From a virus, in IMG/VR virus record IMGVR_UViG_3300025655_000026, positions 1 to 64,000 of that record: a stretch of DNA of 64,000 nt; one strand, 5' to 3'. Each line of letters opens with the position of its first letter. The stretch's first letter is position 1. This document shows, one piece after another, positions 17,977-27,252 of the stretch. The position numbers were made by a program, and so were the translations under genes. A model generated the notes under the pieces. The model was given only the letters and a program-made list of their open reading frames with translations, did not search any database and had not been told where the DNA came from.

Positions 17977-18639
17977 GTGTCGCTACTAACAGGCTTTGCC
18001 GTTGTAATAACAGAAGCGGTCTTCTCTGTTTACAAAAAACTACACGCAATTAACTTCGGAGTCTATGGGGCGACAATGGTTGGCAAAACTACTTTGGCTC
18101 ATCAACTTACTACGAGAGGAGAAGTTCAACAAATAAACGAAAGAACGGTTGGGCTACATAGAGCATCAAGAAAGTCAATAAAAATTGATGGCCAAACAAA
18201 TACCATTAAGAGTGCTGATTTAGGAGGAGAAGCAATCTATTGGAAAGAATGGGTTAAAGATATGCAATTAAGAAAGCCAAAATATATTATTTTCATGATA
18301 GACCATAGGCACTTAGATAATTCTTCAAATCTTGACCATCAAGTAGCATGGAAGTTTCTTGTAGATACTGTTTGCTCATCAATGTGGCCTACTGGAAAGA
18401 AAAAGAAAGAAGAAGACTATCCTTTAGCCATAGGTATTTGGGCTAATAAATATGATATTTGGGGAAAGAAATATGATAACGATGAGCCTATTGAAAAACA
18501 TGAAATATTTGAACCGTTTAAGTATGGAATGAGGAAGTTGAACGAGAAGGGAATACCCTGTTTCAAATATATTGTTTCAGCAAAATCTGACCCCGAAATG
18601 GTGTATAGAGGAATTATTACAATGATAAAGGATTACTGA
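17977..18639 (+). CDS. Ras-superfamily small GTPase, Arf/Sar1-like
   Basis: G1 GATMVGKTT, G2 ERTVG, G3 DLGGE, G4 ANKYD, G5 SAK; hydrophobic N-terminal helix. Confidence 0.85.
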   Translation: MSLLTGFAVVITEAVFSVYKKLHAINFGVYGATMVGKTTLAHQLTTRGEVQQINERTVGLHRASRKSIKIDGQTNTIKSADLGGEAIYWKEWVKDMQLRKPKYIIFMIDHRHLDNSSNLDHQVAWKFLVDTVCSSMWPTGKKKKEEDYPLAIGIWANKYDIWGKKYDNDEPIEKHEIFEPFKYGMRKLNEKGIPCFKYIVSAKSDPEMVYRGIITMIKDY

Positions 18640-18644
18640 TTATT

Positions 18645-19172
18645 ATGTGGAAAGATATTCTTAAGGCTCTTGAAAGAATTGCTTTGAGTGATAAGGATAA
18701 AATAAAAATAGAAAAAGTTCCACAAGAAGTTTCATTCAAACCCAATGGACTATGGTATTCATTTAGTTTAGGAAGTGGCTGGATGAGAGGAAATATGTTA
18801 GATTATGGCTGGTTAGAATCATATCAATATATGTTATACTTAGATACTTCCGAATTAAACATTTTACAAATTAAAAACTTAGAAGATGCTAATGCTTTTT
18901 ATAGCAGATGGAATCGTGGAAAACGCAGAAACCAATGGGATAGTGTTGCTTTTTACTATGATGGAGTAGAATTATTAAACTATAATAATTGGGTTGAAAA
19001 ATATGGTAGCGATAATCCTGTTATGGAAGAATTTGGTGGATGGGATATGGATTCGGGATGTATTTGGAATACTCAAAATTTAAAAGTTAAAAAAGTCAAA
19101 CCTATTGAAGAACGCCACTACAAAAGACAACATAAAGAACAATTGAGTTTATATGATGATATAGAGGAGTGA
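18645..19172 (+). CDS. Hypothetical protein, possible ADP-ribosyltransferase-like fold (starts MWKDILK)
   Basis: KPNGLWYS...YDGVEL...WDMDSGCIWN; fold assignment tentative. Confidence 0.5.
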   Translation: MWKDILKALERIALSDKDKIKIEKVPQEVSFKPNGLWYSFSLGSGWMRGNMLDYGWLESYQYMLYLDTSELNILQIKNLEDANAFYSRWNRGKRRNQWDSVAFYYDGVELLNYNNWVEKYGSDNPVMEEFGGWDMDSGCIWNTQNLKVKKVKPIEERHYKRQHKEQLSLYDDIEE

Positions 19173-19176
19173 TTAA

Positions 19177-19887
19177 ATGTATCAACAACCAAACATTATA
19201 GGAATGCAACAACAACCAATGGGTTTTCAAAATCCACAAGGGGCAAATGTAATGAATGCTTTTTTACCAAAATTACCTAGAGCGAGAAGTGCAGGTATTA
19301 TTGAAGAGTATATTTACGATGAGCAAAAGCCAAAGAAAAAACTTAAGGAAATTAAAAAAGTTCTTCTTCCCGAAAAGAAAAAGTTTCTTTTCTTTAAATA
19401 TGGTAAAAAGTTTAATTTAAAAGACAGATGTATTGTTTGCGGAACTCAACATTTTTGGGAGGCTGGAGATACATTAAGACCGCCTATTCCATTAACAGAA
19501 GTTACAAAAGGTAGACCGATGAAAGGAACATATTGTCCTAAACACGCTAGCACATTTATGCAAATGGAAATGCTTGAACAACAAATACTTGCAGAAGAAA
19601 ATGGGTTAGAATTTACTGCGTTTAAACCTAAAATGCCAAAGGTTCTAAAAAGTGGCCCAATCAATAACCTTAACAAAGCAGATGTTATGGCTCTAACTGC
19701 GACAGGATGGATAATCAAGCCACCGAGCATTTCTACAACGGAGTCGGCCACACAAGAAGCGCATAGAATCGTTAATGAAATTAATATTTTAACAGAACAA
19801 TTAAACTACTTGATGATACACAAAGGAGTTGAGGCAAATGGGAGTAAGCACGAATACATTGAATTCAGCAATGACGGCACAGAATGA
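19177..19887 (+). CDS. Zn-binding hypothetical protein with a Q/P-rich N-terminus
   Basis: CIVCGTQH and YCPKH ligands; C-terminal coiled coil. Confidence 0.6.
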   Translation: MYQQPNIIGMQQQPMGFQNPQGANVMNAFLPKLPRARSAGIIEEYIYDEQKPKKKLKEIKKVLLPEKKKFLFFKYGKKFNLKDRCIVCGTQHFWEAGDTLRPPIPLTEVTKGRPMKGTYCPKHASTFMQMEMLEQQILAEENGLEFTAFKPKMPKVLKSGPINNLNKADVMALTATGWIIKPPSISTTESATQEAHRIVNEINILTEQLNYLMIHKGVEANGSKHEYIEFSNDGTE

Positions 19888-20479
19888 TGCGACATTTAAG
19901 ACGGTGAATAACCTCTTGTCGCTTCAAGATAATCATGTTGAAGAATTTCTTCAATATCATGGTGAATCGTTTTTGGGCGCATTAGAAAAAATGATGGAAG
20001 ATGTTACTGAAAGAGTAGTTTCACAAATGTTAGCAAAACTAGCATTTATTCAAGACGGTGGAAACATAAAGGTTAATGCTGATTCTTTAAGAGAATATGA
20101 AAGAATTACTCAAGAGAATATTGATTTGGATATTCAAAAGATTCTAAGTGCGGCATTAAATGCAGAAATTATTAATCAACGAAAGATGGCTAAATCTCAA
20201 TACCTTGAATCACAAGGCTTTGGTAATCCAGCAGGAATGCAGGGAGTTCAAGTTGCTCAAGGTGCATATGGTCAAAGCCAACAAATGTATGCTCAAGGAT
20301 TTAATGCTACTCAAAACGGAAGTGGCTATCCAGTTCCACCAGCAGGACAAGATGGATATGGAAGACCATATTGGATTGACCCACAAACAGGACAAATGAG
20401 TTATGAGCCTCCTAAGAGTGGTTTGGGATTAATGAATGTTGCACAAAAAGGGGCGGCTTGGGCTAAGTGGTTAATGTGA
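19829..20479 (+). CDS. Helical protein with a Q/G-rich linker and C-terminal amphipathic helix
   Basis: Likely start ATG 19838 after GAGG; ends LMNVAQKGAAWAKWLM. Confidence 0.6.
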   Translation: MRQMGVSTNTLNSAMTAQNDATFKTVNNLLSLQDNHVEEFLQYHGESFLGALEKMMEDVTERVVSQMLAKLAFIQDGGNIKVNADSLREYERITQENIDLDIQKILSAALNAEIINQRKMAKSQYLESQGFGNPAGMQGVQVAQGAYGQSQQMYAQGFNATQNGSGYPVPPAGQDGYGRPYWIDPQTGQMSYEPPKSGLGLMNVAQKGAAWAKWLM

Positions 20480-20489
20480 GGAGATTTGA

Positions 20490-22445
20490 ATGGCAGTTCA
20501 AATCTTTTGGAATAATCGTAAAATAGATATGAGCGATGCAAAGGCTCTTTTAAAAGCCGAAATGTTGGGCTATATTATGGGAACAGAAGAATCTAGAACA
20601 TTCATACCAAATCTTAATGAAGCCGAAAGAAAGTTTGATGATAGTGATTATGAAAATTATCCCGAAGAAGATATGGAAAAAATGTATATAGAATTTGAAA
20701 AAATGCTAAACGAAATTCTTGAAATGTCACTAGATGATGTAATCAGTCAATTACCACAAAAAAAATATGGTAATTTGGCAGAAAGAGTTCAAGAACGAAA
20801 AGAACAAATTGAAAATAAAAAACTTAAAGATTTATTAGAAGGCAACACTATTAATATGATTAGTGGTGCTGGCGCATATGAATTGGGTAGAAAACTAGAA
20901 GGACTACCAATGATAGATTTCTTTGAAGAAATTAAAGGACAGACTGTTGAATTAGATTTTGTTTTTAAACAAAGAATAAAAGATGATAAGTCTTCTTTTA
21001 TAATAACAACAACAAACCCTAAAAATGAAGAAATACACAATATTACAATTGGCTTTTCTGACCATTCTACCGTTAGAGATGTTAAAGAAAAAGCCTTAGA
21101 AAAATATGGTATTTACAATGCAGGTTTTACAGAAGCGAGAAAAAAAGACCCGTATGTTGTATCTAAAGGAAAGGAAACAATAAAATTTAATCTTGACTTG
21201 GCTGAAATTTTAAAAGATGGTAAACTTCTACCTAAAGGAACATTAGTAGAATTAACTCCTGAATTAGACGAAAATGGCGACCACGCATTTATAGAAATTG
21301 ATAAAGATGGTAAAAAAATAAAAAAACTATTGTATAAAGAAATTGGCAAAAGAACTCTTAAAACTAAAGAGTATGAAGAAATATTAGAACGAATCAAAAC
21401 ACAAAAAATAGATGAAGATATTATTTCAATAGATGATAAGCCATATCGTTTAATATTCAACGAACAAAGCCGTTCAACTAACATTACTGATTGGATTGAA
21501 GAAGATGTTAATAAATTCATAACAGATAACATGGAAAAATTTCAATCAGCCTTAAAACCTTATTTAGATGACCCGTTAATTGTGGCAACTGGAAAAGTTA
21601 ATTTAGATATTAAGACTAGTATTACTAAAGTTAGCGGAGGAAAAGAAGTAATAGAAGATATAGATTATGAAACTTACACACTAATGGAGGAAGAAGATTT
21701 ACTTCCCATTGTAGAAGAAGACATTGGGTATTTAAAAGAAGACATTACTATTTATGAAGAAAATCTTAAATTGCTCAATAAAACACAAAAGAATATTGTA
21801 AATAAAAATAAACCTATGAGAGATAGAGTAATGGAATATAAATCAAATATAAATGAGTTAAAGGAACAAAGAGAGAATCTAAGAGAAAGGATTGCTTCTC
21901 AGCAAAAAACATCTAATTCAGCAAAAAAAATAGGATTTTCGGATGAAGAAACATTAAGAAGATATGACAAACTTATTGAAGAATTTTCCGAAGTAAAAGA
22001 ACTTACTAAAATACTTAATTACATAGTAAGAGAAAGAGAAGAAATAAAAAATAAATTAGAAAAAACTAAATCGCTATTGTCTTCTCTTGAGAAATACCTC
22101 AAAGATAGAAATATTAGTGCTTTACAATTAATGTATAGGGAAGAAAAAGATAAAAAGAAACAGCCCTACGAAAAATATACTACTCAAGAAAAATATATTT
22201 CAAGAAATCCCTTTCAAGAACTTTCAAGTTTTTTGACTTTTATTGCAGAAGTAAAAACAAAAGGTTTGCCAATTTATTACGAAGTTATTGTTGATAGTAT
22301 AGGAAAAATTGACATAAATCCATCTAAGTATTCTAGAACAGGCCAAAAAGGAAGAATGAAAAGGTCATATGATAGCGAAATTGCCGATGGACTTAGAAAC
22401 ATGGTAAACAAAATTAATCGTTTAAAGAATGAAATTGGGGGATGA
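20490..22445 (+). CDS. Large E/K-rich hypothetical protein with a coiled-coil region
   Basis: 651 aa, GAGGAG RBS. Confidence 0.6.
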   Translation: MAVQIFWNNRKIDMSDAKALLKAEMLGYIMGTEESRTFIPNLNEAERKFDDSDYENYPEEDMEKMYIEFEKMLNEILEMSLDDVISQLPQKKYGNLAERVQERKEQIENKKLKDLLEGNTINMISGAGAYELGRKLEGLPMIDFFEEIKGQTVELDFVFKQRIKDDKSSFIITTTNPKNEEIHNITIGFSDHSTVRDVKEKALEKYGIYNAGFTEARKKDPYVVSKGKETIKFNLDLAEILKDGKLLPKGTLVELTPELDENGDHAFIEIDKDGKKIKKLLYKEIGKRTLKTKEYEEILERIKTQKIDEDIISIDDKPYRLIFNEQSRSTNITDWIEEDVNKFITDNMEKFQSALKPYLDDPLIVATGKVNLDIKTSITKVSGGKEVIEDIDYETYTLMEEEDLLPIVEEDIGYLKEDITIYEENLKLLNKTQKNIVNKNKPMRDRVMEYKSNINELKEQRENLRERIASQQKTSNSAKKIGFSDEETLRRYDKLIEEFSEVKELTKILNYIVREREEIKNKLEKTKSLLSSLEKYLKDRNISALQLMYREEKDKKKQPYEKYTTQEKYISRNPFQELSSFLTFIAEVKTKGLPIYYEVIVDSIGKIDINPSKYSRTGQKGRMKRSYDSEIADGLRNMVNKINRLKNEIGG

Positions 22446-23770
22446 AAATGGCAATATCATCATCACCTAGCGACTACACCAAAACTGTAAATGGTGTAAA
22501 TTATTCTTCGGGCTTTGGCTATTACACAGATATTTATGCCGTTGCTGACCTTTTACAAATTCCCGATTTTAGCGCATCTACTAATCCAACTGCTGAACAA
22601 GTCGGTGCAATTATTAAGCGAGTGGAGGGAACAGTTGATGATAAAGCAAAGCGTTCATATCGGCCTATTATCTATAAAAATGAAGTTCATGATTTTGAAA
22701 TCAGTAGACCTCCTGTTAAAGCATACTACGGTGGCTACTTGGGTTTTGTTCAACTTACTACAATGAAAGTGACTAAAATTATTTCTCTTAGAATTTGGCA
22801 GGGAGATTCATATAAAGAAATCGCTTCTGCTCATGCTTCAATTAAATTACTTGATAACTTTAGAGACATTTACCAAATCAAATTACAACTTCCCGATTCG
22901 GGAGCAACTTTTACATTAGTTGCCGATACTGCTAGCATAGGTGTAAATGAATTTGATGTTTCTTTAGGAAAGAAAACTGCGGCAAAGGAAATAGAATATT
23001 GTGTTAATGAAGTATTTCCATCCCAAACCTCTCAATTCACAGGGGCTACTCAACCAAAGAGTATTAGTGGAGATAGCCCAAATACAACCAAAAATATATC
23101 CGATTTCTTTTATGCTTATTCCGATGATGACGATTCTACGAAGATACAAATTTCTTCATTGTTAATGGGAGAAGATGGTTCGGATTGTAATATCATTATC
23201 TCTACTCAACAAACCTGCACTACGACAAATGCTAGTGTTAATCTCACAGTTGCCGATTCATCAAAACTAGTTGTCGGTATGGTTGTTACTGGAACAGGAA
23301 TTGATAGCAACACTACTATCTCAAGTATTACTGATTCAACAACAGTTGTTTTGAGTAAGATTGCTACTGCTGATGGAACAGATGAAACACTTACTTTTAC
23401 TGCTACTAACTTGAGCATTCCTACTATTGCCACAGTAGAACAATTTACTGATAAGCAGGATATGAAAAGATTAGGTTCATTTTGGGCGATTGGAGATGAA
23501 GGCAAATTATTCTTCTTGAGAGATTATCCTTATCATACAAACAATTCAATTATTGTTACTTATGTGGCTGGAGATGCTAGAGTTCCTGCGGCTATTCATG
23601 AAGCAACAACAAAACTAGTTGCGGCAGAAATTCTAAGGCACGATGACCAAACAATTTTAATTGCTGAAACAGGGGCAAATATTTCTACAAAGGAAAAATA
23701 TGACATACTTAGAAAAGAGGCTATGGATATATTAACAGGCGCATCGGATATGGTTTTCTTGATTGATTGA
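22442..23770 (+). CDS. Head-tail adaptor with inserted beta domains
   Basis: C-terminal VTYVAG..VPAAIHEATTKLVA connector motif; N-terminal helical segment; position before tail genes. Confidence 0.7.
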   Translation: MKMAISSSPSDYTKTVNGVNYSSGFGYYTDIYAVADLLQIPDFSASTNPTAEQVGAIIKRVEGTVDDKAKRSYRPIIYKNEVHDFEISRPPVKAYYGGYLGFVQLTTMKVTKIISLRIWQGDSYKEIASAHASIKLLDNFRDIYQIKLQLPDSGATFTLVADTASIGVNEFDVSLGKKTAAKEIEYCVNEVFPSQTSQFTGATQPKSISGDSPNTTKNISDFFYAYSDDDDSTKIQISSLLMGEDGSDCNIIISTQQTCTTTNASVNLTVADSSKLVVGMVVTGTGIDSNTTISSITDSTTVVLSKIATADGTDETLTFTATNLSIPTIATVEQFTDKQDMKRLGSFWAIGDEGKLFFLRDYPYHTNNSIIVTYVAGDARVPAAIHEATTKLVAAEILRHDDQTILIAETGANISTKEKYDILRKEAMDILTGASDMVFLID

Positions 23771-24011
23771 TATGTCACAAGAACTTTTAGAAACAATAAA
23801 ACAAATTAAAGGAATAGATGTTTCTAAGATACAAGAATTAATAGAGATTCATACTGAAAGACAAAAAGCAATGATAGAACTTTCAGCAATACTAGGACAA
23901 GATGTGAGTTTTACAGAAAATGAAATACTTCAAAATATTGCAGACCATTACGCTAATGAAGTTCTAAAAGATGTAGAAAAGAAATTATTGGGGGTTTTTT
24001 CAAATGGATGA
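23763..24011 (+). CDS. Hypothetical protein
   Basis: 82-aa ORF overlapping both neighbours. Confidence 0.5.
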   Translation: MIDMSQELLETIKQIKGIDVSKIQELIEIHTERQKAMIELSAILGQDVSFTENEILQNIADHYANEVLKDVEKKLLGVFSNG

Positions 24012-24513
24012 AGTTAGCCTCCTTATTGATTTAATTTCTACTAATTGGTCTAGTTCAGCAACAACTTTACTTTCCGAAGGAGTAATTACTGCTGACCATA
24101 TTACAACTCCTAATTTTGTAGATGTAAGAACTCTAGAAAGAGGTCGTGGAGTTCGCTATGACCTTTCTTCAAAAGATGTGATTATATTCTTTGAAGATAG
24201 CCAAACAATTGATTACCCTACTGTTGGATATGATATACGCAATGAGAGTTATTCTTTTACTATGCACATTCGCACGATTCAAGATGAAAGGGCTGGAGAA
24301 GATGGTGATTTTGGAAAAGATAGGTTAAGAGTTTTATACTTGATAGCCCGTCATGCGCTTGAGCGTAGTAGGAGGGGCTATACCGCAAGTGATGGTTCGT
24401 GTTTCAGTCAATTGTTTGTAGGAAACAGAAGCGAATCAAATGACCGAGCGAAAAGACTCTTTGGCTATAAGGTTACAGTAGAAGCCAAAAGATTTGCAGT
24501 TTCAATACCTTAG
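24004..24513 (+). CDS. Putative tail terminator/completion protein
   Basis: Size, alpha/beta pattern and position just before the tail tube gene. Confidence 0.55.
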   Translation: MDEVSLLIDLISTNWSSSATTLLSEGVITADHITTPNFVDVRTLERGRGVRYDLSSKDVIIFFEDSQTIDYPTVGYDIRNESYSFTMHIRTIQDERAGEDGDFGKDRLRVLYLIARHALERSRRGYTASDGSCFSQLFVGNRSESNDRAKRLFGYKVTVEAKRFAVSIP

Positions 24514-24540
24514 TTTGTTTGTATGTAAGAGGGAAAAGAA

Positions 24541-26499
24541 ATGACGACTGATTGTGGAGATATATTTTTAGGAAGCGGGGCGAGTATAACATTTGTTCCC
24601 GAAAATGACATTTACTTTCCTTCTACTAATGGCGGAAGTGCTTTTGACGGAGTAACTTCTCTTACCGAAATTACAGCCGCCTCTTCATTTAGCAATGTTT
24701 TTTCTCTTGTAAATAATTTGTATGTTGGTTGTATTATTGAGCGATATGGAGTTGGCTCAAATACATATACTGATGAAGTTACAACTGTTACTTTCAATAG
24801 CGATACTAAGACTGACTATTCGGCTGACTATTTAGTATTCACTATTCTCCCTAGTGATGGTGGGGCGGCTTCAACACACGCATTTTGGTTTGATGATACA
24901 GGTGCAATTTCCGAACCTTCTCATGGTGCTGATGCAAGTAGTTCAGTAGATATTTCCAATGCTGGTGTAATTACAAAAGAAGAATTTGCCGCACTTTTTA
25001 CTACTGCCGTAAATGCGGTTTCAAATATTTCTGCTACGAGAAGTGGTAATGTAGTTACTGTTACTAATACTTATGGTGGAAATAATTCTGCCGCTACAAC
25101 CACAAGCGATTCAACCAATTTATCTCTAGTAAGAACAGTCGCAGGAAACGAATCAGCAACTCCTGCTTCTTTCCAAGATTGCGCTAGAATTACTTCAAAT
25201 ACTGATACTACGATTACTTTTAGTCCTGCACTTACTCCTGCTTCGGGAGATTACTTCGTTATTACTCAATATGGCGCACCTGTTCCTGCACCAACTGATA
25301 CTGCAAAAAGACTTCTTTCCGATGAATGGCTTGGTTTGGTAGAAAGCATTACTTTCCCAACAACAGAAGTTGAAATGAAACAGGTTAATCTTGCTCTTGG
25401 AGGTTCTAGAAATTGGACTTATCAATATAAAGGAATTGAAACCGCTAGCGGTGGAAGTATTAATTTAGTTTCTAATCATGCCGCTTGGCTCTATTATTTC
25501 TTTGGCCGATGCACAGGAGTTAGCGCAACTACTTCTGTTGAAGCAACTACTGACAACTTTACTGCCGCTTCTTCGGGCGCAACTTACATTGATTATGGTT
25601 CAGTTACAGAAACAGGGCCAATCTTCTATCGTTCTGTCGGAGATAAACTTTGTCCTCCAATTGCTAAACACTTAGATAATTACGCTAATATGGATAAATT
25701 AACTCTTCCGATTATTGCTAGTGGAGAAATTGATAATGAAATCACCTATACTTTTGCAGAACAAAACGGAGAACTTCTCCCATCTTTCTCTCTTGAACAA
25801 GTATTCAGCAAATTACCTTCAAGTGATACTTATAGAACTACGACTACTACTTACGAAGATACAAATTTCGTAACGATTGCTAGAGGTAATAGAGTTAATA
25901 CTATGACAATTACTGCTAATGAAAATGAAGAAATTAAAATGACTATGGATTTGTCTACTCGCACAATCCATAATCTTGAAAGCGATGAAGTATATGATGC
26001 TAGAAGAGGAGTTACTGATGAAACTGCTTTCTTTAATTATGATTCCGAATCTAAATTTAGAGAACCTTTCTTTTTCTCAAGTGGCTACTTGAAAGTATTT
26101 GGTGTTCAATTCCTAAAGATTAATTCAATTACTTTAACTATGAATAATTCTCTAACAGAAAGAAGATTTATTGGCGTTGGAAATAAATCAATTCAAGAAG
26201 CAATTCCAGCACAACGAACTTATGAACTACAATTTACAGGTCATGTGACTGATGATAGACTTTATCAAGAATTATTGAATCAAGATGAGAATACTTCGGA
26301 AACGGATGGCCAAATGGTTGAACTTAACTTTTCTAAAGCAAATGGTGAATCATTTACATTAAAGTTTAAAGATTACATGGTTTCTGCTAATAATTTCCCA
26401 TTACCCGATGATAAAGGGCCAGTTGTCGTAGAAACAACAATTATGCCAAGAAACTTAGAAAGTTGCTCAGTAACAACCCATTGGATTTTACAGGGGTGA
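24541..26499 (+). CDS. Major tail tube protein with inserted accessory domains
   Basis: LPSFSLEQ, RVNTMTITA, ITLTMNNSL, RTYELQF tube-like strands; precedes the chaperone and tape measure genes. Confidence 0.75.
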   Translation: MTTDCGDIFLGSGASITFVPENDIYFPSTNGGSAFDGVTSLTEITAASSFSNVFSLVNNLYVGCIIERYGVGSNTYTDEVTTVTFNSDTKTDYSADYLVFTILPSDGGAASTHAFWFDDTGAISEPSHGADASSSVDISNAGVITKEEFAALFTTAVNAVSNISATRSGNVVTVTNTYGGNNSAATTTSDSTNLSLVRTVAGNESATPASFQDCARITSNTDTTITFSPALTPASGDYFVITQYGAPVPAPTDTAKRLLSDEWLGLVESITFPTTEVEMKQVNLALGGSRNWTYQYKGIETASGGSINLVSNHAAWLYYFFGRCTGVSATTSVEATTDNFTAASSGATYIDYGSVTETGPIFYRSVGDKLCPPIAKHLDNYANMDKLTLPIIASGEIDNEITYTFAEQNGELLPSFSLEQVFSKLPSSDTYRTTTTTYEDTNFVTIARGNRVNTMTITANENEEIKMTMDLSTRTIHNLESDEVYDARRGVTDETAFFNYDSESKFREPFFFSSGYLKVFGVQFLKINSITLTMNNSLTERRFIGVGNKSIQEAIPAQRTYELQFTGHVTDDRLYQELLNQDENTSETDGQMVELNFSKANGESFTLKFKDYMVSANNFPLPDDKGPVVVETTIMPRNLESCSVTTHWILQG

Positions 26500-26503
26500 T
26501 TCT

Positions 26504-26626
26504 TTGCCTAGTCGTAGAGAAAAAATAATGCTACAGACAATCGTAGTAGAAACACCTACTCCAGTTCCTAAAAAGAAAGGGCGAAAGCCAAAAAAGGAGG
26601 TTGTTGAAGAACAATCTAACGAATAA
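26504..26626 (+). CDS. 40-aa basic microprotein (not in ORF track)
   Basis: TTG start after GGGGTGA; MPSRREKIMLQTIVVETPTPVPKKKGRKPKKEVVEEQSNE. Confidence 0.45.
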   Translation: MPSRREKIMLQTIVVETPTPVPKKKGRKPKKEVVEEQSNE

Positions 26627-26674
26627 TATTCCACCAACACCGTTTGTTTGTTTGTTGGTTTTTGAGGTGGAAAT

Positions 26675-27040
26675 ATGGAAAAAAAAGTTGTAACTGATAA
26701 GAGTGTGCTATTTGCACTAAATGAGCCTAAGTGTCACTTTATTAAAGTGGCCGAAGACATAGACGAATACCTTAAGGTTTGGGTCAAAGAACCTACATGG
26801 TTAGAAGTTGATAAAGCCATGAATAGCATGATGAAGATTGATGCTAAGAGTCAAAACTTTGACCTTGACCTAAATGCAATGTATCGTTTTATGGTTGAAA
26901 ACTTTGTTGTAAAGACTGAACCAATGCTTTCAACCCTTGATATTCTCCGTTTGAGTCCTTATGTTGGAAATCAACTAAAGGAAATTTTACCTAATCCATT
27001 TGATGCTTTTAGCGAGGATGAGGAAAAAAACGAAAATTGA
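26675..27040 (+). CDS. Tail assembly chaperone (gpG-like)
   Basis: Between tube and tape measure; ends ...EDEEKNEN over a slippery site. Confidence 0.75.
   Translation: MEKKVVTDKSVLFALNEPKCHFIKVAEDIDEYLKVWVKEPTWLEVDKAMNSMMKIDAKSQNFDLDLNAMYRFMVENFVVKTEPMLSTLDILRLSPYVGNQLKEILPNPFDAFSEDEEKNEN
27025..27031 (+). other. -1 programmed ribosomal frameshift site A_AAA_AAC
   Basis: X XXY YYZ heptamer in frame with the upstream ORF; the -1 frame reads on into RKLRAAIK of 27037..27246. Confidence 0.8.
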
Positions 27041-27246
27041 GGGCGGCAATTAAAGGAGGTAAAGCCGAACCTTCTACTGTTTCCCTCATAATTGTATATA
27101 CATTAGCAAAGGCTTTAGGGATAAGCCCCCTGCAAGTGTATGAGATGCCAGCCGATTTGGTTCTAAGTATGTTAAGCATTCATAAGATATTTGAAGAATT
27201 AAAGGCAGAAGAAATTGAAAAAGCCACTAAGAGTTTAAAGAGGTGA
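27037..27246 (+). CDS. Frameshift extension of the tail chaperone (gpT-like)
   Basis: -1 frame relative to 26675..27040; LGISPLQVYEMP pattern; no clear RBS of its own. Confidence 0.7.
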   Translation: MRAAIKGGKAEPSTVSLIIVYTLAKALGISPLQVYEMPADLVLSMLSIHKIFEELKAEEIEKATKSLKR

Positions 27247-27252
27247 GAATAA

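Noticed and set aside
27041-27074. H-type pseudoknot stimulating the frameshift
   Set aside because: Only one nucleotide separates the 3' strands of the two stems, so they are more plausibly alternative weak hairpins
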